A DNA stretch of 32,000 nucleotides. It comes from Archaeoglobus fulgidus DSM 4304 (GTDB lineage Archaea > Halobacteriota > Archaeoglobi > Archaeoglobales > Archaeoglobaceae). The stretch lies in assembly GCF_000008665.1 (NCBI RefSeq), contig NC_000917.1:1140001-1172000 (forward strand), read 5' to 3'. A program made the position numbers and the translations under genes. The notes beneath the pieces are model-generated. The model did not search any database. It was given only the letters and a program-made list of their open reading frames with translations, and was not told the origin of the DNA. Positions 14,998 to 24,091 of the stretch are shown piece by piece (the stretch's first letter is position 1; the number at the start of each line of letters is the position of its first letter).

Positions 14998-15549
14998 TTA
15001 CTTCATAAGAAAATGGACGCCTCTCTCAATGGCTATTGAGAACAGAGCCACTACCAAACCCATAACAACCATTTTTGCGGACGAAATTAAAAGATGCTCT
15101 CTTGAAATTCTGCCGTATATTATGCCGATCAAAGCCAAAGAGAGTGCCGTCAGAGAGACCGACCAGATAATGGCTGACTGAACGGAAAAACCCACGAAGA
15201 AGGCAATGACGAATGGCAAGACCGGCACAACACTACCCAGAATAGTGGATAGCCCGTCAATCATTCCGCTCATAATAACTCTCTTTCTAACTTCTTTGTA
15301 CAGCCTGGTATCCCTCAGCTCAACCAGCATAGATTTTTCAAGCTCGCGGAATTCCTTCTCCTCCTCAACTCTTTCAGCCGTGAGCGCACCAAACACATTT
15401 GAAATGCCGTTAGCCACCCCTCCTCCAATCCCGGCGGAAATTATAACATCCAGCTGTCCCCCTGAAGCCCCGAGCACAACTCCGAGCACCGAAAGGGCTC
15501 CGTCAATAAACCCTCTCACAAACTGCCTTTCCACGAAAAGAGTTGGCAA
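14998..15549 (-). CDS. VIT1/CCC1-family (DUF125) membrane protein, putative Fe/Mn transporter
   Basis: 183-aa ORF with a TTG start (an in-frame GTG 15 nt downstream is also possible). It reads RGFIDGALSVLGVVLG...GGGVANGISNVFG, then a charged loop and C-terminal TM helices. Confidence 0.75.
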   Translation of the reverse strand: MPTLFVERQFVRGFIDGALSVLGVVLGASGGQLDVIISAGIGGGVANGISNVFGALTAERVEEEKEFRELEKSMLVELRDTRLYKEVRKRVIMSGMIDGLSTILGSVVPVLPFVIAFFVGFSVQSAIIWSVSLTALSLALIGIIYGRISREHLLISSAKMVVMGLVVALFSIAIERGVHFLMK

Positions 15550-15737
15550 ATGCCTTAAGAATTTTGCCGTTCAAAACGAAGATGAATGGGTTTTCAAGAG
15601 CTAACTTTGTAGCTTAAAGATTTAGATAGTGCAAAATCTTTGTAGTCGGCATTAATCAAAGCAATCGGAAGTTTGTGGCAGGAGTTTTTAGATGAAACAC
15701 AACTTCACCCTGACGAAACTACGACAAATAAAAAGCA

Positions 15738-15813
<76 letters not shown>

Positions 15814-15835
15814 TTATCTCTGCTTGGCCAATGTG

Positions 15836-15843
15836 TTTATAAA
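15836..15843 (-). promoter_or_regulatory. TATA box (TTTATAAA) for tRNA-Glu
   Basis: A perfectly palindromic TATA 23 nt upstream of the tRNA 5' end, preceded on the minus strand by GAAAG. Confidence 0.5.
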
Positions 15844-15871
15844 CTTTCTGTGCTCAATTAAATGTGACATC

Positions 15872-16285
15872 TCAATCACAGCATGAAGTTTCTGAGCAGC
15901 AACTTGTTTTTAGCTCCGCAACCGCCATCAGAGCGGCCTTTACAACCAGATCCGCCTTTACGACTTCTTGCAGCTGTTGGTCAACTTCCAAAGCCCTGCA
16001 TTCCTGATCTCCGCAGACATCACAACAGGGAGTTTGCGTTACTTTTGCTCCAATCCAGTCTTCCAGTAGCCTGCCATTTATCCAGACCTCATTCGACTTG
16101 AAGGGGTCACGAGAGAAGTCCTCAGGAGTTAATTCGACTTCTTCGAAAACAACTTCAAAGCCAAGCGGAGATAAAAACTCTTTCAAAGTATTAACCGCCT
16201 TTAAAAGCTCTTTTCCTGTTTCAGAGCACCTTGGACAGGTTTCTCCGTCAACAGAAAGATGTAGCCACTTTATTGTCAGTTGCAT
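15872..16285 (-). CDS. Cys-rich DUF2703-like protein
   Basis: 137-aa ORF with N-terminal GETCPRCSETGKEL, an internal TPCCDVCGDQEC and a C-terminal tail TSCCSETSCCD. The family call is from memory. Confidence 0.6.
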   Translation of the reverse strand: MQLTIKWLHLSVDGETCPRCSETGKELLKAVNTLKEFLSPLGFEVVFEEVELTPEDFSRDPFKSNEVWINGRLLEDWIGAKVTQTPCCDVCGDQECRALEVDQQLQEVVKADLVVKAALMAVAELKTSCCSETSCCD

Positions 16286-16340
16286 AAAAACGCTATGCTA
16301 AAGCGGTTATAAACTCTTCTGTCGTTCTGAGTGTTCCGGT

Positions 16341-16356
16341 TTATAAATAAAAAATA
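16341..16356 (-). terminator. oligo-T terminator after hsp20
   Basis: The minus strand reads CTATTTTTTATTTATAA immediately downstream of the hsp20 stop. Confidence 0.4.
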
Positions 16357-16363
16357 GGGAAAG

Positions 16364-16888
16364 TCACTCGATCTTGATTTTCTTTCCGCTCGTCTTAGGC
16401 GTCTTCTTCTTCAGGATTACTTCAAGCACACCGTTGTTGTATCTCGCCTTCGCTGAGTCCGGATCGACCTCAGCGGGCAGTTCAACGGTCTCATAGTACT
16501 TCCTGTTCTCTCCCTCTGCCCTGATTTCTAGAGTTGTCTCGGTAGCGTTGAGCTCAATGTCGTCCTTGTTCACTCCTGGCATCTCGGCAATAACCTGAAT
16601 CTCGTTGTCAGTCTCTATGACGTCAACCAGCGGTCTCCTCTCTTCAATTCCAGTCTCCTTGATCGTGGGCTTGGTTCCGAACTCCCTTATTTCAGGCTTC
16701 CCGTCAGGCCCAATCCTGATTGAGAATCCCCTGACTATCGGTTTTATCTCTCCCGACTCAGCCTTTCTGAAGATTTCCTCGATGTCCCTCATCATCCTCT
16801 CGAATATGTCGTCTATGCCGAATCTGAAGAACTCATCGAAGATGTCCCATTCCTCATCCCAGTCCCTTCTCCTTCTCCTCCAAACCAT
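16364..16888 (-). CDS. hsp20: small heat shock protein, Hsp20/alpha-crystallin family
   Basis: 174-aa ORF with an alpha-crystallin domain (VDVIETDNEIQVIAEMPGVNKDDIEL...YNNGVLEVILKK). The SD sequence GGAGGTGA lies upstream. Confidence 0.9.
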   Translation of the reverse strand: MVWRRRRRDWDEEWDIFDEFFRFGIDDIFERMMRDIEEIFRKAESGEIKPIVRGFSIRIGPDGKPEIREFGTKPTIKETGIEERRPLVDVIETDNEIQVIAEMPGVNKDDIELNATETTLEIRAEGENRKYYETVELPAEVDPDSAKARYNNGVLEVILKKKTPKTSGKKIKIE

Positions 16889-16903
16889 ACAACCTCACCT
16901 CCT

Positions 16904-19108
<2,205 letters not shown>

Positions 19109-19119
19109 CTACCACCTCC

Positions 19120-19791
19120 TTACTTTATCATCCAAACAACTTCACCATTCTTTTCCTCTTTCTCAACCAACCCCTTTTCGTGAAGGGAGTTTAGGGCTCT
19201 TTCAACCTCCCTGTAAGGGAGCCTGAAGGTCTCGGCAATTTCCGCTGCCGTCCTAAGACCCTTTGCGAGGCCGAGCATGACGAGCCTTTCCAGGTCGTCG
19301 CTGACGACCCTCTCAATCTCGTTGAGCATCCTCTCAACGAACTGGTTGAATCTCATTGATAGGGTGCTCTGGACTCTTGAAAACCTCCTCTGGAGGTCTT
19401 CAGCCACTTTTAGGGCTCTGTAAATCTCCGAAATGGATTCGGCCTTCAGCCTCTCTATCATGTTGAACTCGTTCCGAATCTCCTTCATCAGGGATGGCAG
19501 GTCGTAATTTTCACTGTCCCTGATCTCAGCCCCGAACTTGTGGGGGGAAATGACAACCTCGAGGCGGAGACTTCTTGGAATGTAGTAGTACCTCTTCCTT
19601 CCCTCCTCGAAGCTCGACACTATTCCCGCCTTAACGAGCTTGTCGAGGTGCTCAAGCACGGCCTTCGGAGCCATGCCGAGATAGTACGAAATCTCGCTGA
19701 CGTAGCAGGGTTTTCTTGATAGCAACTGCAGTATCCTCCTCCTGCTCTCGTTTCCGAGAACGTCCATTATCGTCTCCGCCTCTATGTCCAT
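19120..19791 (-). CDS. hsr1: HSR1/Phr-family heat-shock transcriptional regulator (winged helix)
   Basis: The ORF is open from GTG 19821. ATG 19791 is preferred because GGTGGTGAG lies directly upstream. It has the wHTH LGNESRRRILQLLSRKPCYVSEISYYLGMAPKAVLEHLDKLVKAGIV and is the first gene of the regulator-cdc48-hsp20 operon. Confidence 0.85.
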   Translation of the reverse strand: MDIEAETIMDVLGNESRRRILQLLSRKPCYVSEISYYLGMAPKAVLEHLDKLVKAGIVSSFEEGRKRYYYIPRSLRLEVVISPHKFGAEIRDSENYDLPSLMKEIRNEFNMIERLKAESISEIYRALKVAEDLQRRFSRVQSTLSMRFNQFVERMLNEIERVVSDDLERLVMLGLAKGLRTAAEIAETFRLPYREVERALNSLHEKGLVEKEEKNGEVVWMIK

Positions 19792-19836
19792 CTCACCACC
19801 TCGGGGCACTAACCCCTTCACTCTTAATGTCGGTTA

Positions 19837-19851
19837 CTAACTTTATGTTAG
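19837..19851. promoter_or_regulatory. palindromic operator CTAAC-TTTAT-GTTAG (HSR1-type site)
   Basis: A perfect inverted repeat lies between the TATA box (19860-19867) and the regulator's start codon. It matches the CTAAC-N5-GTTAG motif that I recall being reported for A. fulgidus HSR1. Confidence 0.7.
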
Positions 19852-19859
19852 GTTTATGG

Positions 19860-19875
19860 TATATAAAGTTTTCGG
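19860..19875 (-). promoter_or_regulatory. BRE/TATA of the heat-shock operon (minus strand CCGAAAACTTTATATA)
   Basis: A consensus-like archaeal BRE plus TATA, located upstream of the operator and the start codon. Confidence 0.6.
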
Positions 19876-19889
19876 TTATTTTGTGTGGC

Positions 19890-20220
19890 TGTGCATCCCA
19901 ATTATTTTCTCTTCAATCTGGAGGAAGCTTGTACCAGAACGCATTGCAGAGTTCATCCCACTCCAAACTTCTATGAGGCTTAATCTCATTATGCCATCCA
20001 ACAACTGCTTCAACTGAGCCAAACTTTCCAGTCCCTCTCTCAACCTTTACTCTCGCAAGAATGTGCTTAACCTTCTCTCTGCTTTTCGCAGCAACGAATT
20101 GGGTTCGTGTTCGGTAAGAATCTCGTCAGAATGCCATACTCAGCAATCTCTCTCAGAACCTTGAGTATGTCCTTGTTCGTCAGCTTCCTCACGTGGCTAC
20201 CGAAAAGTTTAAATACTCTG
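19890..20220 (-). mobile_element. degenerate, internally deleted relic of an ISA0963-related IS
   Basis: Minus-strand fragments resemble both ends of the transposase at 28304..29203. V-RKLTNKDILKVLR... matches MRKLTNKKIRWIIR.... KHILARV...GK...WHNEIKPHRSLEWDEL...KLPPD* matches RHVLARI..NGK..WYNYVKPHMSLNFDEL...KLPAE. The terminus TGTGCATCCCAATTATTTT (19890-) resembles the IS terminal repeat TGTGATATCCCGAATTAATTTCAC. The upper boundary is uncertain. Confidence 0.5.
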
Positions 20221-20236
20221 CCGAAAACCTTATATA
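20200..20236 (+). promoter_or_regulatory. two tandem BRE/TATA-like elements upstream of gar1 (CCGAAAAGTTTAAATA and CCGAAAACCTTATATA)
   Basis: The first TATA is centred about 27-30 nt before ATG 20241, which fits a leaderless gar1. The second is a 15/16 inverted copy of the heat-shock promoter at 19860-19875. Confidence 0.4.
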
Positions 20237-20240
20237 CTGC

Positions 20241-20558
20241 ATGAGCAGGTTGCGGACACTTGGTAGAGTAAAGCATATGTCAAAAACTGGAATGCTTGTG
20301 GTGACTCTAAATCCTGCGTACATCCCCAAAATAGGGGATAAGGTTGTTACAAGGAGGATGGAGCACATTGGATTTGTTGCTGACGTTATCGGGCCAGTAT
20401 CTTCCCCCTACGCTTTAGTTAAGCCGAAAAATCTGGATAAGATAATATTTGAAGAATTATATGTGGTGAAGGAGTATGGCGGAGGTAGAAAAGGTAAGGG
20501 AAAAGGAAGTAGAGAAGGAAGTAGAAAGAAAGGAAATAGAAAGGGAAGAGGACGTTGA
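20241..20558 (+). CDS. gar1: H/ACA ribonucleoprotein complex subunit Gar1
   Basis: The ORF is open from 20193. ATG 20241 gives [62 protein letters not shown], a typical archaeal Gar1 core. The tail is basic and Gly/Lys/Arg-rich. Confidence 0.85.
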   Translation: MSRLRTLGRVKHMSKTGMLVVTLNPAYIPKIGDKVVTRRMEHIGFVADVIGPVSSPYALVKPKNLDKIIFEELYVVKEYGGGRKGKGKGSREGSRKKGNRKGRGR

Positions 20559-21456
20559 AGTCTGTCCTGAGTGTGGAAGTCCCCGCCTCATTCGCGATTA
20601 CCGCAGAGGAGAGTTCATCTGTCAGGATTGCGGTCTGGTAATCGAGGACACGTACATCGACGCAGGGCCTGAGTGGAGGGCTTTTGACAGTGAGCAGAGA
20701 GACAAGAGGAGCAGAGTTGGTGCGCCTGTAACCTACACAATCCACGATAAGGGCCTGTCAACAATAATCGACTGGAGCAACAAGGACTACTACGGCAAGG
20801 CAATTTCCGTGAGAAACAGGGCTCAGCTTTTCAGACTGAGGAAATGGCAGAGAAGAATCAGAATCAGCAACGCTACGGAGAGAAACCTCGCCTTTGCCCT
20901 CAGCGAGCTTGACAGGATGGCCTCAGCCCTTGGCCTGCCGAAGAGCGTTAGGGAGACTGCTGCTGTAATCTACAGGAAGGCCGTAGAGAAGAACCTCATA
21001 AGGGGCAGGAGCATTGAGGGTGTGGTTGCCGCTGCTCTCTACGCAGCCTGCAGGCAGGCTGGAGTACCGAGAACGCTGGACGAAATAGCCACATACTCAA
21101 GAGTGGACAGAAAGGAGATTGGCAGAACCTACAGGTTTATCACGAGGGAGCTTGGGCTGAAGCTGATGCCCACAAGCCCTGCAGACTACATTCCGCGCTT
21201 CTGCGCTGCCCTTGGACTGAGCGGAGAGGTTCAGAAGAAGGCCATTGAAATCATCAAGAAGGCGGAGGAGAGGGAGCTTACAAGCGGAAGGGGTCCGACA
21301 GGAGTTGCAGCGGCTGCACTTTACGTTGCATCAATACTGCTTGGAGAAAGAAGAACGCAGAGGGAAGTTGCCGAGGTAGCGGGAGTTACGGAGGTAACGA
21401 TAAGAAACCGCTACAAGGAGCTTGCCGAGAAGCTGGGTATAGAAATAATCCTCTAA
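20476..21456 (+). CDS. tfb: transcription initiation factor IIB (TFB)
   Basis: 326-aa ORF with the Zn ribbon [24 protein letters not shown], a B-finger/linker and two cyclin repeats. ATG 20476 is the only possible in-frame start, because a stop lies 9 nt upstream. Confidence 0.95.
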   Translation: MAEVEKVREKEVEKEVERKEIEREEDVEVCPECGSPRLIRDYRRGEFICQDCGLVIEDTYIDAGPEWRAFDSEQRDKRSRVGAPVTYTIHDKGLSTIIDWSNKDYYGKAISVRNRAQLFRLRKWQRRIRISNATERNLAFALSELDRMASALGLPKSVRETAAVIYRKAVEKNLIRGRSIEGVVAAALYAACRQAGVPRTLDEIATYSRVDRKEIGRTYRFITRELGLKLMPTSPADYIPRFCAALGLSGEVQKKAIEIIKKAEERELTSGRGPTGVAAAALYVASILLGERRTQREVAEVAGVTEVTIRNRYKELAEKLGIEIIL

Positions 21457-21471
21457 CTTTCTCTCTTTTTT
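21457..21471 (+). terminator. pyrimidine/oligo-T terminator after tfb
   Basis: CTTTCTCTCTTTTTT follows the stop codon directly. Confidence 0.4.
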
Positions 21472-21538
21472 AGCGAACCTCAAGCTTTCTTTTGGCATTC
21501 CGCACCGAAGTCATAAAAAGCCTGAAGTCCAATCTGCC

Positions 21539-22453
21539 TTGGTGAGGGCAGTAGAGTGCAGAGACGTCTGGATGGTTTACAGGACTTTCATGGAGAGGGG
21601 TATTGTGGCATTGAGGGGAATCGACCTCGACATTGAGGACGGAGTTATTTTCGGATTGCTCGGTCCCAACGGGGCAGGAAAAACGACCCTGATTTCCATT
21701 CTGTCCACGATCCTGATTCCGACAAAGGGCGAGGTGAGGATTCTCGGAATGGACGCCTTCAAGAACACCAGGAAGGTGAGGGAGAGAATTAACATCTCAA
21801 GCGGAGTCAGAATGCCGTGGGGGATGAAAGTCTACGAGTGCCTCCGCTTCTACGCAATGTGCTACGGAATTACCGATAGAAGAGTAGTCGATAGGGTAAT
21901 CTCGGAATTCGAGCTTGAGGAGCACAGAAACAAGAGGTTCGATGACCTCTCAACCGGAAACAAGCAGAAGGCCAATCTGGCAAGAGCCTTTCTGAACGAT
22001 CCTGAGGTTGTTTTTCTCGACGAGCCAACGGCAAATCTGGATCCAGATATGGCAAAAAAGATACGCCAGATGATTTTGAGGATAAAGGAGGAGAAGGACG
22101 TAACCATTGTTTTAACCACCCACAACATGAGGGAGGCCGAGATGCTTTGCGACAGAATAGCCTTCATCAAGGAAGGAAAAATTGTTGCCGAAGGAACTTC
22201 TGAAGAGCTTAAGAAATACACGAAAATGAGCGAAAGGGTGATTTTAAAGCTGAAAGGTAATGCCAAAAAACTGCACATCCCTTATCCTTACAGGATGGAT
22301 GGAAACACGCTTATTGCCTTCGTTGAAGATGCGGAAAAAGCACTTCCCTCAATCGTGGTAAGGCTGGCGGAGCAGGGTGTGTTTGTCGAATCGGCAAAGA
22401 TGGAGGAGATAACTCTTGAAGACGTCTTTATCGAGCTTGCAGAGGGGTCTTAG
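21539..22453 (+). CDS. ABC transporter ATP-binding protein (ABC-2/DrrA-like)
   Basis: 304-aa ORF with Walker A GPNGAGKTT, signature LSTGNKQK and Walker B VVFLDEPT. The start is TTG 21539 or GTG 21542. The TATA-like CATAAAAA at 21512-21519 fits a leaderless GTG. Confidence 0.9.
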   Translation: MVRAVECRDVWMVYRTFMERGIVALRGIDLDIEDGVIFGLLGPNGAGKTTLISILSTILIPTKGEVRILGMDAFKNTRKVRERINISSGVRMPWGMKVYECLRFYAMCYGITDRRVVDRVISEFELEEHRNKRFDDLSTGNKQKANLARAFLNDPEVVFLDEPTANLDPDMAKKIRQMILRIKEEKDVTIVLTTHNMREAEMLCDRIAFIKEGKIVAEGTSEELKKYTKMSERVILKLKGNAKKLHIPYPYRMDGNTLIAFVEDAEKALPSIVVRLAEQGVFVESAKMEEITLEDVFIELAEGS

Positions 22454-23221
22454 CGAAATTTTTGCCTTTGCCTACAGGAACTACGCTCTGACGAAAAACG
22501 AATTTTACGCGATATTCGAGATGCTCTTCTGGCCGCTGGTAAGCCTGATCTCGGTCGGGCTGTTAGGGGAGTTCCTCTACCTGGATAGGGAGGCGGTAGC
22601 TTCATACTGATCGGTGTCATTACGCTAAGCGTTGTCCAGATAGCCCAAATCGACGTGACATACGTGATGCTCCTCGACATGTGGAGCATGAGCCTGAAGT
22701 ACACCATAGTCACTCCTGCACCCTTCTACCGGATGGTGACTGGAGCGTGGCTTTTCGGCTCGCTGAGAGGTGTTATTTCTCTCGCACTTCTTATTCTGCT
22801 GAGCGCATGGCTCTTCGGTTTCACGCTCACCCTCCCTGCAACGGCAATGGCAGCGTTTGTTCTGGGAATACTGCTCAGCGCAATGCTCATCGGAATTTTC
22901 AACTGCATACTGATTTTGGTTTTTGGCAGGAGGGCTGAGATATTCGCCTGGACCCTCAGCGCTATAGTGATGATTTTCTGCGGCATTTACTATCCAGTAA
23001 CAATTCTGCCGGAACCTTTCAGGGCTATAGGCCTTATGATTCCAATAACGCACTATCTCGAGTTTTTCAGGTCCTTCTACGGATTTCAGAGCATTTTTCC
23101 AGACCCTCTGCTCATTGCCTTTGCCGAAACGCTTGTTTACCTCGCCTTACTGCTTGTTGTTGCGGAAATCAGCATGCTGAGGGCGAGGAGGACAGGGCTT
23201 GTGCTGAAGCTCTCGGATTAG
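22416..23221 (+). pseudogene. ABC-2 type transporter permease, interrupted by a 1-nt frameshift
   Basis: ORF 22416..22610 ends ...YLDREAVASY*. The downstream frame is open from 22589 and reads (F)ILIGVITLSVVQIAQIDVTYVMLLDMW..., continuous with ORF 22655..23221. One extra T at 22601-22602 (GCTTC to GCTTTC) would fuse them into a permease of about 268 aa. Confidence 0.75.
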
Positions 23222-23272
23222 TCTCTCGGAAAGATTATATACTTGAAAGGCAAAATACCATCAGATTCGGAT

Positions 23273-23422
23273 ATGAAGCGGGCGAAAAAGTTTAAGGACT
23301 ACTTCGAGGACATAAAGCCTGTTACGGATGAGGAGCTTGAGGAGCTTTTGAACGAGCCTCCGAGAAGGAGGAACAGAGGAAACTTCAAAAAGGCTAAAAA
23401 GGAATTTTACAGGGACTTCTAA
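23273..23422 (+). CDS. candidate small basic protein (49 aa), below the ORF-track cutoff
   Basis: ATG 23273 to TAA 23420-23422 encodes MKRAKKFKDYFEDIKPVTDEELEELLNEPPRRRNRGNFKKAKKEFYRDF. The TATA-like ATTATATA (about 23234-23241) is positioned upstream with a short leader. The codon usage looks native. Confidence 0.35.
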   Translation: MKRAKKFKDYFEDIKPVTDEELEELLNEPPRRRNRGNFKKAKKEFYRDF

Positions 23423-24081
23423 AGAAGCCCTACGAGCTCCTCAAGTGCCCTCTTCTGGTCTTCGGCCTTAACAACCCCACTCGCGAGTAGCACACCCTCT
23501 GCTCCGAGCTCCAATGCTTTTACGTAGTCCTCATGGGTGGTTATGCCCGCCCCACAAAGAACTCTAACGCTCTTGTTGACTTCCTTTGCAGCCTTAACTG
23601 AGTTCTCCACAACCTCGGGTTCGGCCTTGCTTACCGGAATTCCGCTACCTATCAGCTCAGGTGGCTCCACCGCGACAAAGTCCGGATTCAACGCTGCCGC
23701 CGCGGCTGTTGTTGGGACGTTGTTCGTGCAGACAACCGAAGTGAGACCAAGCTCCCTCAGCCTGCTCACGTTGAACTCAATATCGGCGAGCTTCAGCCTT
23801 CTCTCAGAATGATTGACCAAGCTTCCCTTTGCCCCGTATTCCGCGATCATATCGGCGTTTATTCTGCCTGTGTGGCTCCCGAAGCCAACGGCATCAACAT
23901 GCTGCGCGTAAACGTCGATGCTGACCTCCCTTGCGATTACGGGGAGGTCGAGGAAGGAGACGGCTATGCCAACATACTCATCGCATCTCGACGCCACGTT
24001 TTCGGCAATCTTCGCCAGCTCAAGCGCCCTTTTTCCAAATCCCTCCTTATACGCCTTGAAGTTTATTATCACAACCCCCAT
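23419..24081 (-). CDS. tpiA: triosephosphate isomerase (archaeal type)
   Basis: The ORF is open from GTG 24090. ATG 24081 is preferred because the SD sequence GAGGTGA overlaps the fae-hps stop. Motifs are INFKAY, LVNHSERR and VEPPELIG. Confidence 0.9.
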   Translation of the reverse strand: MGVVIINFKAYKEGFGKRALELAKIAENVASRCDEYVGIAVSFLDLPVIAREVSIDVYAQHVDAVGFGSHTGRINADMIAEYGAKGSLVNHSERRLKLADIEFNVSRLRELGLTSVVCTNNVPTTAAAAALNPDFVAVEPPELIGSGIPVSKAEPEVVENSVKAAKEVNKSVRVLCGAGITTHEDYVKALELGAEGVLLASGVVKAEDQKRALEELVGLL

Positions 24082-24091
24082 TTTTCTCACC

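Noticed and set aside
15690-15714. Possible C/D-box sRNA (AGATGAA ... CTGA) downstream of tRNA-Glu
   Set aside because: The C box is imperfect. There is no C'/D' pair and no terminal stem or k-turn partner on either strand, so this is probably chance.
20067-20276. 69-aa minus-strand ORF
   Set aside because: It is a chimera of the IS-relic N-terminal fragment and promoter sequence. It overlaps the gar1 start region and is not a credible gene.
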